A stretch of DNA of 64,000 nt from positions 77,606-141,605 of the forward strand of contig CAMAVZ010000001.1 of NCBI GenBank assembly GCA_945861645.1, in the 5' to 3' direction. The notes under the pieces are model-generated. The model searched no databases. It was not told where the DNA came from and was given only the letters and a program-made list of their open reading frames with translations. Positions within the stretch are counted from its first letter, which is position 1. Each line of letters opens with the position of its first letter. Origin of the DNA: Opitutus sp. GAS368. Lineage in GTDB: Bacteria; Verrucomicrobiota; Verrucomicrobiia; Opitutales; Opitutaceae. Position numbers and translations under genes: made by a program. Positions 19,501 through 28,058 of the stretch are shown in pieces.

Positions 19501-22446
19501 GGCACCGGCTTCGGGTCCGATTTCGAGAATCCAGTCGGCGGATTTAAGGACGTCGAGATTATGCTCGATTACGATAATGCTGTGGCCGCGGTCGACGATG
19601 CGCTGCAGCACCGCCAGCAGGCGTTTTACATCATGTCGGTGAAGGCCCGTGGTCGGCTCGTCGAGGAGGAGCAGCGCGCCGGGCGGGGGTGGCCGCGGCT
19701 GGTTTTCGATTTTTGATTGGCGCGCCGGCGCAGCAGGATTTTTTTTAGGGCGGGATTTTTCCTTGATGAGGTGGTCAGCGGATTCATCGGTGAAACCAGA
19801 GAGGTAGCGGATAAGTTTCAGGCGCTGGGCCTCGCCGCCCGAGAGAGTATTCAGCGGTTGGCCGAGGGGTAAATAGCCGAGGCCCACTTCCGCCAAAGCG
19901 GCGAGGCGTTGGTGAATTTTAGGATGCTCAGCGAAGAGCGGCAAGGCGTCGGCAATCGTTGTGGCCAGCAGCGCGGCCACCGACTGACCGTGCCAGGTGA
20001 TGGCGAGTACCTCCAGCTTAAAGCGACGACCTTCACAAACCGCGCAGGGGACGAATACATCAGAAAGAAACTGCATCTCGACCCGCTCACTCCCTAACCC
20101 TTGGCAGTGATCGCAGCGACCCTCGCCGGAGTTGAAGGAAAAACTGGAGGCGTTGAAGCCCGCGGCTTGGGCGGCCGGGACCGCCGCATAAAGTTCACGA
20201 ATTAATTCCCAAGCCTCACAATACAGCGCGGGATTCGATCGCGGCGTTCGGCTGAGCGGCGATTGGTCGACCAGCACGACTTCGCTGAACGCTAAATCAG
20301 AATGGATGGATTCGATCGCGGCGGGATCATCGGTTAGCAGTTGGCGCTGGGCCAAAAGCCCTTGATGGATGACGTGATTAAGTAAGGTGGATTTACCGGA
20401 GCCAGATACCCCCGAGAGACAGACGAAGCGCTGCAGTGGCAGGCGGAAGGAAAGTGCGTGGAGGTTGTGCTTGGACGCGTTCTGAAAATTTAACCAAGGG
20501 GCCGTCGCGGTGGATCGGCGGGCGGGGGGGAGCTCGATGTGTTGCCGACCCGACAGATAAGCGCCGGTGAGGCTGCGCGGAGATTTAAGCAGCGCCGCGA
20601 GGTTGCCTTGAAACACGAGGTGTCCGCCCCGCGCACCCGGTTCAGGCCCGATTTCGATCAAATGATCGGCCGCGCGAATCATCGCTTCATCGTGCTCGAC
20701 CACGACCACCGTATTGCCGGCGGCGGTGAGAGTGCGAATGATGCTGATGAGACGATCGATGTCGCGTGGGTGTAAACCGACGGAAGGTTCATCGAGCACG
20801 AATAGCGTATCAACGAGCGCGGTGCCGAGGCAGGCGGTCAGATTGACGCGTTGTACTTCACCGCCGGAAAGGGTGCGGGAGGTGCGGTCGAGCGTGAGAT
20901 AGCCGAGACCAACCTGTTCCAGATAGCGAAGTCGAGTGACGATCGAGTCATGGGCCAAGTCCCGTTGGTGCGCGGCTGATGGACTGGTTGGCGCGCCATT
21001 CGAATCAGCCGGCTTGAGCAGGGCGAGTAGGGTGCTGACTGGCAGTTGATAAAGCTGGGGCAGGGTATAGCCGCGCCATTGCCAGCAGAGGGCTTCGGGT
21101 TGCAACCGAGCGCCGTGGCAATCAGGGCATTGGTTGTAGGTGCGATAGCGCGAAAGAAAAACGCGCACATGCATTTTGTAGGCGCTTTTTTCCAGCCAGC
21201 GAAAAAATCCCTTCAGGCCGTACCAATAATCCGGCCAATGTTTTTCTCCCTCACTGTTATAGCCGGGCTCGCCCTCGATGACGTAAGCTTGTTGCGCGGG
21301 GCTAAGCGTGGCAAAGGGGACGTGAGTGGGGATGCCTTTTTTTTTGGCGAAAGATAAAAAATCTTGTTTGGACTCACCGTAGACTTCGCTTTCCCACGGT
21401 TTAATCGCGCCCTCATCGATGGACCGCGATTGATCGGGGAGGGCGAGCCGGTAGTCGATTTCGATTACCCGGCCAAACCCGCGACATTTCGGGCAGGCGC
21501 CCAGCGGGGAATTAAAAGAAAACATACCCGGTGAAGCGGCGCGAAAAGTGCGACCGGTCTGGGGCGAGTGGAGGCCTTGGGAGTAATGCCCGGCGGGCGC
21601 GAGGTTATCGGCGGTGAAGAGATAAATCTGGCCTTGGCCGAAATGCAGACAGGTTTCGGTGGCTTCCTGGAAACGCGTTTGGTGTTCAGTGGTGAGCAGC
21701 AAGCGATCTTGGATGACATAAACGCAGGGCCAATTATGTGCGTCTAAGCTGTCGCGATCGGCGGGCGAAGCCGCCAAGGTCGCTAGCAGATCATCGATTT
21801 TATGCAGGGTCAGAGTTGCCGCGGGAGCGGGCGCGGCGGGCGACTGCTGGGCTGAGGCGCGGGTGGGCACCAACCCGCGCGTGTAACCTTGGCCTTTAAT
21901 GCTGGTGAGCATTTCTGGCCACGCGAGGTTGGTCGGGCGCGTGATCCGAAAGCATAACAGTAAGGTGGCGGGCTGGGCGGACGGTCGAAAATGAGCGGCG
22001 TACGTTTTTTTCCAGATGGTGGCTGGGGTATCATCTTCGACCGGTTCCCCCGTGGCGGGATCGTAGCAGGTGGCCACATGACTGAACCAAATTTTGGCGA
22101 AATCGGTTAGCTCTGTCATGGTTCCCACGGTGGAGCGGGAGGTTTTGACCGTGTTGGTCTGCTCGATGGCGATCGACGGCCGGATATTTTCAATCGCATC
22201 AACCTTAGGCTTATCGAGAAGATCGAGAAATTGGCGGGTGTAGGCCGAGAATGTTTCGACGTAGCGCCGCTGACCCTCGGCGTGCAGCGTATCAAAAACA
22301 AGCGATGATTTTCCCGCCCCGCTCAACCCGGTGACGACGATGTAGCGACCGAGGGGGAGATCTAGGTCGAAGCCTTTGAGGTTGTGCTGGTGAACACCGC
22401 GGAGGCGAATGGATTCAGGCGCGGAGGAGGGAGGCACGGAGGGCAA
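16564..22446 (-). CDS. uvrA: Excinuclease ABC subunit A, double-length (two UvrA units fused)
   Basis: 1960 aa; four Walker A motifs (GLSGAGKS, GVSGSGKS x2, GPSGAGKS), four LSGGE signatures, two copies each of FSFNSP.G.C and GQRR.(V/M)E. Confidence 0.93.
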   Translation of the reverse strand: MPSVPPSSAPESIRLRGVHQHNLKGFDLDLPLGRYIVVTGLSGAGKSSLVFDTLHAEGQRRYVETFSAYTRQFLDLLDKPKVDAIENIRPSIAIEQTNTVKTSRSTVGTMTELTDFAKIWFSHVATCYDPATGEPVEDDTPATIWKKTYAAHFRPSAQPATLLLCFRITRPTNLAWPEMLTSIKGQGYTRGLVPTRASAQQSPAAPAPAATLTLHKIDDLLATLAASPADRDSLDAHNWPCVYVIQDRLLLTTEHQTRFQEATETCLHFGQGQIYLFTADNLAPAGHYSQGLHSPQTGRTFRAASPGMFSFNSPLGACPKCRGFGRVIEIDYRLALPDQSRSIDEGAIKPWESEVYGESKQDFLSFAKKKGIPTHVPFATLSPAQQAYVIEGEPGYNSEGEKHWPDYWYGLKGFFRWLEKSAYKMHVRVFLSRYRTYNQCPDCHGARLQPEALCWQWRGYTLPQLYQLPVSTLLALLKPADSNGAPTSPSAAHQRDLAHDSIVTRLRYLEQVGLGYLTLDRTSRTLSGGEVQRVNLTACLGTALVDTLFVLDEPSVGLHPRDIDRLISIIRTLTAAGNTVVVVEHDEAMIRAADHLIEIGPEPGARGGHLVFQGNLAALLKSPRSLTGAYLSGRQHIELPPARRSTATAPWLNFQNASKHNLHALSFRLPLQRFVCLSGVSGSGKSTLLNHVIHQGLLAQRQLLTDDPAAIESIHSDLAFSEVVLVDQSPLSRTPRSNPALYCEAWELIRELYAAVPAAQAAGFNASSFSFNSGEGRCDHCQGLGSERVEMQFLSDVFVPCAVCEGRRFKLEVLAITWHGQSVAALLATTIADALPLFAEHPKIHQRLAALAEVGLGYLPLGQPLNTLSGGEAQRLKLIRYLSGFTDESADHLIKEKSRPKKNPAAPARQSKIENQPRPPPPGALLLLDEPTTGLHRHDVKRLLAVLQRIVDRGHSIIVIEHNLDVLKSADWILEIGPEAGAQGGQIVLAGTPEDLAHATTATSPFLRVALSNREFNQADAARRVAEPAAHYAATPRRAVPELTVIGARENNLKNISLTIPHRQLTVVTGVSGSGKSTLAFDIIFAEGQRRFMESMSPYARQFVEQLPRPDIDRLTGIPPTVAIEQRSTRGSRKSTVATITEVAQYLRLLYARLGVQHHPETGRAVTPLTPIQLQRLLEKVIAQPAARKAKHLYLCAPLIRARKGHHEPIAQWIEKQGYSLMRNDGRLSRVENFQKLDRYKEHDIEVVVADLKASPPLSRATALTTALKLGQGACFLLTPNGQILSWFSTTRTDITSGESFPSLDPKNFSFNSPKGWCPTCRGHGHIYTWMLQPDEEEERPVEVVDALRSFDPDDPSADGQLCPTCQGERLSRIARAVKLPLKKGDPITLPALSRLTPDQLLATLRNLQLEARGRLITQDIIPQIAERLRFLGSVGLDYLELDRPTETLSGGEAQRIRLAAQLGSNLSGVLYVLDEPSIGLHARDNDQLIATLEALRAKGNTLLVVEHDDGLMKRADRIIDLGPGAGIHGGAVLANDSPAQLKKNAASLTGRYLKQGITHPLRGAYRPLELIKLAGRRPASQPAPPTAPVAWLELKGITYRNLRNQSLRLPLGRLVMVCGPSGAGKSTLFRDILDPAVNCAIQNRKAKLTGKDFVRWAKFAAEAKNTPANPAPPFAQLTGVSKFKAVIEVDQNPIGKTPRSTPATYLGIFDLIRQFFATLPESKLRGYTASRFSFNTAGGRCATCSGAGRIKLEMAFMPDSYLPCDDCNGSRYSPELADITWKNKTIGQVLRLSFDEAALFFDFHSQLSQVCRLMIDCGLGYLTLGQSSPSLSGGEAQRLKLVTELAKGLPSFRERSHDLTVRNLYLLEEPTIGLHLSDCEKLIRVLHNLVEQGHSVIVIEHHLDLLAEADYVIELGPGGGPRGGEIIYQGPLANLLDVKRSPTAPYLRAKLARPSVKRR

Positions 22447-22540
22447 GAAAGAGACGAATTGCGGGAAAGCAACTCGAGCATGCTGACGGCCGTGGCTGTG
22501 TTCGCCCGTGCGCCGCCGGCTCGGTTCAGCGGGCCGTCAG

Positions 22541-23626
22541 CTAAGTCTGGGTCAGCTCGCGGAAGAGATTTAAATGGGCTTGAACTTGATGGGTCGGGGC
22601 AAAATTGGCATGGGCGTGGCGGCGGCCTTGCTCGGCAAAGCGGTGGCGCAGGGCGGGCTCGCGAATTAACCTTTCGAGGGCTGCGCCGAAGCCGGTCTGA
22701 TGGTGGTTGGCAATCAGGTAACCGGAGCGGTCGGGTACAAAGCATTCACCGACGCCGACGATATCATAAGCTACGGTGGGTAAGCCATGGAGCTGAGCTT
22801 CGATTAAAAAATTGGGCAGCGACTCACTCTGAGAAGCTAATACGGCGAGATCCGCCGCGAGATACAGTGGCGCGGGATTTGATTGGTAGCCGAGAAATTT
22901 AACGCGCGAGCCGAGGCCAAGGTCATGCGCGAGCCGCGCGCACTTCTTGCGCGCGGAACCTTCGCCGGCGAGCCAGAGCTGCCAGTCGAGGTAGCCGGGA
23001 AGTTTCGCGCAAATCTCAATTAATTCGCGTTGATTTTTTTCTGGGCGAAACATGGCCACATTGAGTAGCACCATCGTAGTGGGCGTGGCCTGATGGAGGC
23101 GCCGCAAGGCTTGATTGCGGGCGGCGTTTGCTTCGTTTGAGCAAAGCACAGAATTATGGATAACGGTAATTTGATGAGCGGGGAGGTTGTGCTGATCAGT
23201 CAGGACGCGTTTAGCCACATGACTGTTCGCCACAATATGGCGGCACCGTTGGAGGGAGCGCACAAATAAGTAGGGCAAGGGTTTGCCGGTGCGCATGGTG
23301 CAAATAACTGCGGCCTGAGGAAGGCGTTGCTGGATGAAGCCAGCGTAGCAGTTGGCCATTCGGCCCATGCAGAGCACGAGTTGGGGGGCGGCTTCCTCAG
23401 CTGCCTTGAGCAGGCCAGGCGCAAACCAATCGAAGTGGGTGTCGAATGATTGGAGCGAGCGACAGGCGAACGGTTGTTGCTCGCCATCCCGTTCGAGGAT
23501 GCCCCGTGGGCGGAAGGTGAGCAGCGTCACTTCATGCCCAGCTTGAGCAAACGTGGTGGCCATGAACACCGATTGGCGTTCAGTGCCGCCACTGCGGAGG
23601 TAATCTTGGACGATTAGAATTTTCAT
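22541..23626 (-). CDS. GT4-family glycosyltransferase
   Basis: SGGTERQ, FRPEKN, ESLPNFLIEA (E-x7-E). Confidence 0.9.
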   Translation of the reverse strand: MKILIVQDYLRSGGTERQSVFMATTFAQAGHEVTLLTFRPRGILERDGEQQPFACRSLQSFDTHFDWFAPGLLKAAEEAAPQLVLCMGRMANCYAGFIQQRLPQAAVICTMRTGKPLPYLFVRSLQRCRHIVANSHVAKRVLTDQHNLPAHQITVIHNSVLCSNEANAARNQALRRLHQATPTTMVLLNVAMFRPEKNQRELIEICAKLPGYLDWQLWLAGEGSARKKCARLAHDLGLGSRVKFLGYQSNPAPLYLAADLAVLASQSESLPNFLIEAQLHGLPTVAYDIVGVGECFVPDRSGYLIANHHQTGFGAALERLIREPALRHRFAEQGRRHAHANFAPTHQVQAHLNLFRELTQT

Positions 23627-23666
23627 TGCTCTGCGGAAAGGAGCGTCAAAGTTTCTTTATCAATCA

Positions 23667-24080
23667 ATGAACAACGCATTCGTCAATCTGCTGCTGCGTG
23701 GCTTGATCTTGGCCTTGGGGGTCACGCTGAGTACCCAGTTGGTGGCGGGGATCACTTATGATTCTGGGGCCACTCTCTTGGCGGTCGTGCTCGTATTGAC
23801 TTTTTTTAACGCAGTGCTGAAGCCGATTTTACTGCTTTTTGCGCTGCCTTTTATTGTCCTAACGCTTGGAATCGGCACCTGGGTCATTAATGCCTGCTTG
23901 TTTTATTTTGCCGGTCGAGTGGTGGAGGGTTTTCACGTGGCCAGCTTTAGCTCGGCCTTGTGGGGTGCGCTCATTGTGAGCCTGACGAGCCTGATTTTGA
24001 ATCGGTTTATGGCGCCAGGCAAGCCACCGCGTCCGCCGCCGAGCAATCCTGCTAAACAGGATGATGTGATCGATATCTAG
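23667..24080 (+). CDS. YvlD/DUF360 'phage holin family' membrane protein
   Basis: NAVLKPIL...LTLG...VINA...GF.V.SF..ALWGALI; about 4 TM segments. Confidence 0.85.
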   Translation: MNNAFVNLLLRGLILALGVTLSTQLVAGITYDSGATLLAVVLVLTFFNAVLKPILLLFALPFIVLTLGIGTWVINACLFYFAGRVVEGFHVASFSSALWGALIVSLTSLILNRFMAPGKPPRPPPSNPAKQDDVIDI

Positions 24081-24167
24081 GTTAGAGGGGGTGGCGCTAA
24101 ACTTTCCTCGTTTCCGTTTGACGAAAATGGCCGTCATGGCGACGTTGCCCGCTTAAATCTCTCTATT

Positions 24168-25562
24168 ATGGCAGACGCAATATACGACTTGGTGATCATC
24201 GGGGGCGGTCCAGCTGGCTACGTCGGCGCGATTCGCGCTGGGCAGCTGGGCAAGAAGGTCGCGGTGATTGAGCAGGAACGCGCGGGCGGCACGTGCCTCA
24301 ACTGGGGCTGCATTCCCACCAAGGCTTTGCTAAAAAGTGCCGAACTTTATCGCACGATTCAAAAAGCGGACGCTTATGGCCTGAGTGTCACCGGCGCCTC
24401 TTTCGATTTCGCCAAAGTGATTGAACGCTCGCGGGGCGTCGCCACCCAAATGGCCAAAGGCGTCGAGTTTCTCCTGAAGAAAAACAAGGTCGATTATTTT
24501 GTGGGCCAAGGCTCGGTCACTATTCCGGGCATGGTGGAGATTACCTCTGGTGAACATCGGGGTAAATTTTTCCGCACCCAAAATATCCTGCTCTGCACGG
24601 GGCAAAAGCCCAAAGCCTTGCCGGGCTTGCCCGTGGATGGGGTGCGGGTGATGACCTCGCGTGAGGCGCTCGCCGCTAAGACTGCCCCCAAGACGCTGGC
24701 CATTATCGGGGCGGGGGCCATCGGCGTGGAATTTGCTTATTTCTTCAACGCCTTTGGTACGAAGGTTACTCTCATCGAGATGTTGCCACAGGTGCTGCCG
24801 GTGGAAGATGAGGAAGTGGCCAAGCTGTTAGAGCGGAGTTTTACCAAACAGGGCATCGCCGTTCACACCGGGACCAAGAGCGAAAATATCCGCGTCGGCG
24901 CGACCACTGTGAAACTCGATCTCGTCAAAGATGGGGCCAAGACTGAACTCGAAGTCGAGACCGTCTTGGTCGCGATTGGGATTACCTCCGCCCTCGACGG
25001 ACTCACTTCCACCAAGGTGAAGCTTGAACTCGATCGCGGCTTTGTGCAGGTCGGCCCCGATTATCAAACGAGTACCCCTGGTATTTATGCGGCCGGTGAT
25101 ATTCAGGGTCCGCCGTGGCTGGCGCACGTGGCGTCCTTTCGGGCCGTGCAGGCCGTGGAGGGGATGTTTGGTCACAGCCAGCCCAAGCCAGTCGGTATTT
25201 TTCCGGGCTGTACGTACTGCCAGCCGCAAGTCGCGAGCACGGGCCTCACCGAAAAAGCCGCCAAGGAGAAGGGGTTGAATTACAAAATCGGGAAATTTCC
25301 CTTCAGCGCCGTCGGCAAGGCCGTCGCGGCCGGCGATACGGAGGGTTTCGTTAAGGTCATCGCGGACGCGCAGACCGGCGAGATTTATGGGGTGCATATT
25401 ATTGGCCATGAGGCCACGGAGCTCATCGCAGAATACGGTTTGGCGATGAACCTCGAGGCGACGATCAACGATGTGCATCATTCCATTCACGCTCATCCGA
25501 CGCTATCCGAAGCGCTCGGCGAGGCGGCCCTCGCCGCTTTGGGTCGGGCCATTCATATCTGA
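24168..25562 (+). CDS. lpdA: Dihydrolipoamide dehydrogenase
   Basis: GGGPAGY, GGTCLNWGCIPTK, GAGAIG.E, HAHPTLSE. Confidence 0.96.
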   Translation: MADAIYDLVIIGGGPAGYVGAIRAGQLGKKVAVIEQERAGGTCLNWGCIPTKALLKSAELYRTIQKADAYGLSVTGASFDFAKVIERSRGVATQMAKGVEFLLKKNKVDYFVGQGSVTIPGMVEITSGEHRGKFFRTQNILLCTGQKPKALPGLPVDGVRVMTSREALAAKTAPKTLAIIGAGAIGVEFAYFFNAFGTKVTLIEMLPQVLPVEDEEVAKLLERSFTKQGIAVHTGTKSENIRVGATTVKLDLVKDGAKTELEVETVLVAIGITSALDGLTSTKVKLELDRGFVQVGPDYQTSTPGIYAAGDIQGPPWLAHVASFRAVQAVEGMFGHSQPKPVGIFPGCTYCQPQVASTGLTEKAAKEKGLNYKIGKFPFSAVGKAVAAGDTEGFVKVIADAQTGEIYGVHIIGHEATELIAEYGLAMNLEATINDVHHSIHAHPTLSEALGEAALAALGRAIHI

Positions 25563-25748
25563 GTCGAGTCAGGGTTAGTCGGCGTGCCTTGGATCGACGG
25601 GGGATGACTCTTGGTTGGGAGAGACCTTCCTCCCTTTTCGTCCTTATCCCAGTCCAAATAAAACACGCGCCCACATCTGCTGGCCTCGTTTGTAATATAA
25701 TGTGTTACAAACCGAGCCCCCGTAGGGTGGTGGTGAGGTGAGGGGGCT

Positions 25749-25982
25749 TTGGCTGGGCGGATAGTTGTTTTCATCCAATGCCTTTTGGCTACTGCCACAG
25801 CTCAAGATATCTATCCGACCGCCCTCAGTGCCGTCACTGGCAGCAGCACGAATACTCTGTGGGCTCCCAGCGGCAGCGGCTCCGGCGGATCGGCGGCCTA
25901 CCGCGTGACTAATTCCCTCGAAATGCAAAATGCCACCGATCGAGCCACGGTCGCGAGCCTAACCGGCAATTTCCTGCGCTGA
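25749..25982 (+). pseudogene. Possible truncated remnant of a secreted protein
   Basis: 77-aa ORF with a signal-peptide-like segment (IVVFIQCLLATATA-Q) and an S/G/T-rich tail that ends 33 bp from the tRNA 3' end. Confidence 0.3.
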
Positions 25983-26015
25983 GCCGATGGCGCGCAGACC
26001 GCTCAAGTATCAAAC

Positions 26016-26090
26016 TGGTGCGAGTGCCGGGAGTCGAACCCGGATCATCAGCTTCGGAGGCGGATACACTATCCATTGTGCTACACTCGC
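26016..26090 (-). tRNA. tRNA-Arg(CCG)
   Basis: GCGAGTG acceptor stem pairs with CACTCGC-ACCA; D arm GCAC/GTGT; anticodon loop CT-CCG-AA; T arm CCGGG-TTCGACT-CCCGG; CCA is encoded. Confidence 0.95.
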
Positions 26091-26189
26091 AGAGAACCGA
26101 ACGCACAGCTTTCTCGGGTAGCCCGGCTTTTCAAGCTGTTTTAATCGTTCGGTGGCAACCAAGTCTCGGGCTGGTTTCGCCCGCGGCGC

Positions 26190-27422
26190 TTAATGCGCGA
26201 CGGTGATCGGGGCCGTCAAGGGCTGACCAATTTCTTCGAGCAATTTTTTGAACCACGGTTGCGTCGTAGCAAAAGCTTTGCCGCCTTTGATGCGGGGGAA
26301 TTCGATGGCGCGCAGGACGTCACCGCGTTCTTCATCATGGCCGATGAGGCCACTGACTCCGGTCCGAGCGCACTCGATGGCTTTTAGTACGCAGGTATCG
26401 ATGAGCTGGAGATCTTCGGCATTGGCGGGCGCTGAGCGGGCGAAATAGCCGCTCTTCTGCACCAACACCTTCTCGGCGCCGAGCATGGTAGCAAAACGTT
26501 CGGCAAACCATTTGCCGGGATTGATGGTATCGAGGCGGACGTGACCAAAGGCGTCCCGATCGATGGGGGCGCCGCGGGCAGTCATTTCCGCAATGATGCT
26601 GTCGAGACCGGCCCCTTCGCTCACGAATAAATTAATATTTCCCTGCCGATCCATGAGGGCCCGTAGGCGTTTAGCCTCAGCTTCAATATTCAAGGCGAGC
26701 TCTGGTAAATAGATCGCATGCACCGCGTAGCGCTCCCGTGCCAAGCCGATAGCTGGCACCCACGTTTTAGTGGCGAGGCTCTGTTGATAAACGCGGGCGG
26801 TGGCTGCGGTGAGCCAACCGCAACTGCGGCCCATCACTTCATGGACGATGAGCGTGCGGGCGCTGGCGCCGAGCTCAGTTACGACGTTGGCAAAAAAATG
26901 CGCGCCTTGTTCCGCCGCGGTGACGGCACCGAGGCTCTGCTTAATTGGGATAATATCGTTATCAATCGTCTTGGGTAGACCGATGACGTTGAGCTGATAA
27001 TTATGTTTCTGCAGATAGGCCGCGAGGTCGGCCGCGGTGGTGTTCGTATCGTCGCCACCGACAGTGTGGAGAATATCAACTCCGTCCCGCTGCAGCTGTT
27101 CCGCCGCGACGGCAAGAGGGAGCTGGCCCTCTTTGACGAGACCACGCTTAACCGCATCTTTAACATTAGTGAGTTTGACGCGGCTGTTGCCAATGACGCT
27201 GCCGCCAAATTGGCGCAGGACGCTGGCCTGGGCGCGAATTTCTGGGGTGACGACAATATGATCACCGAGGAGTAGGCCCTTGTAGCCCGAGCGGTAGCAG
27301 ATGATCTCCCAATCAGGGCATTGCCGCGTGTAGTGGAGAATGAGCTGACCGACGGCGGCGCTCAGGCAGGGGGCGTGACCACCGGCTGTGAGGATGGCGA
27401 CTTTCTTCTTTGGTGAGCTCAT
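26190..27422 (-). CDS. pfp: Pyrophosphate-dependent phosphofructokinase
   Basis: TAGG.APC, GGDDT (Asp typical of PPi-PFK), PKTIDND, EVMGR, QKSGYFARS. Confidence 0.9.
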   Translation of the reverse strand: MSSPKKKVAILTAGGHAPCLSAAVGQLILHYTRQCPDWEIICYRSGYKGLLLGDHIVVTPEIRAQASVLRQFGGSVIGNSRVKLTNVKDAVKRGLVKEGQLPLAVAAEQLQRDGVDILHTVGGDDTNTTAADLAAYLQKHNYQLNVIGLPKTIDNDIIPIKQSLGAVTAAEQGAHFFANVVTELGASARTLIVHEVMGRSCGWLTAATARVYQQSLATKTWVPAIGLARERYAVHAIYLPELALNIEAEAKRLRALMDRQGNINLFVSEGAGLDSIIAEMTARGAPIDRDAFGHVRLDTINPGKWFAERFATMLGAEKVLVQKSGYFARSAPANAEDLQLIDTCVLKAIECARTGVSGLIGHDEERGDVLRAIEFPRIKGGKAFATTQPWFKKLLEEIGQPLTAPITVAH

Positions 27423-27564
27423 AGATCGAGGGCGCAAGCCAAGCAGCCTAACGATCCCAAATCAACCTTCAGCCGCGATTGGGGGCGGCTTATTTTTCCC
27501 CCGCCTGCATCTGGCGATGGACCAACTCGATGAGCGGCTTAAAGAGGTCGTGAATCATAGGAAT

Positions 27565-27589
27565 AAAAAAGGCAGGCGATGAGCCTGCC
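27565..27589 (-). terminator. Intrinsic terminator downstream of the small basic protein gene
   Basis: Minus strand GGCAGGC-TCATC-GCCTGCC-TTTTTT. Confidence 0.75.
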
Positions 27590-27670
27590 AGATTATGCAA
27601 GGTGGAGGAAAGCGAGGGGCGAGGTGACCGTGGACCGCGTGGTTACCTAGACCGTTTGCTGCAACCAAGC

Positions 27671-27826
27671 TTAGACGTCAGCTTTGGTCTTGCGCAGACC
27701 TAAGACGCGATCGCCTTCCTTCCATTGGCCACGCTTCTTGAGGAGGCCGACGCGCTCGAAGCGCTTGAGGACATTGCGTTTGATGACGAGGCCGCCACCG
27801 GACTTGAGGCTGTTGTGCTGGGACAT
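27671..27826 (-). CDS. PVC-superphylum small basic signature protein (TIGR04137-type), 51 aa
   Basis: MSQHNSLK...KRNVLKRFERVGLLKKRGQWKEGDRVLGLRKTK; real start is the ATG at 27826, inside the longer ORF in the track. Confidence 0.88.
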   Translation of the reverse strand: MSQHNSLKSGGGLVIKRNVLKRFERVGLLKKRGQWKEGDRVLGLRKTKADV

Positions 27827-27870
27827 AAAGAGGGTTGGATAAGGATTAATTCTGCCTGTGCGAGGGTGGG

Positions 27871-27899
27871 GATGTAGAGTTCGTCTTAGACCATGACAA
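27871..27899 (-). promoter_or_regulatory. Sigma70-like promoter for the small basic protein gene
   Basis: Minus strand TTGTCA-N17-TACATC. Confidence 0.5.
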
Positions 27900-28058
27900 G
27901 TACTTTTCAGCTCAATTTTTTCGCCTATTATTACGAGGAAACAGGAGTGGCCGTAGGCTGCGTGCAATCGGTCGATGCTCACGGCCTAGCCACGCCAGCG
28001 GTTAGTCGTATGATCCGAGGTCCTCGGATCGTGCCAGCGTCAACGACTAAGCCTGACC

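Noticed and set aside
22384-22902. 172-aa plus-strand ORF spanning the uvrA start and GT4 end
   Set aside because: Low-complexity R/G-rich antisense frame overlapping two real genes.
23667-24080. 'Phage holin' as evidence of a prophage
   Set aside because: The YvlD/DUF360 family is commonly chromosomal, and no phage genes are nearby.
25688-25717. Possible dif (XerCD) site
   Set aside because: One arm resembles the XerD arm, but the 6-bp spacer and XerC arm do not fit; better read as an operator palindrome.
25731-25746. Minus-strand CCCCCTCACCTCACCA resembling a tRNA/tmRNA 3' end (att site)
   Set aside because: It has no T loop and does not match the adjacent tRNA-Arg 3' end.
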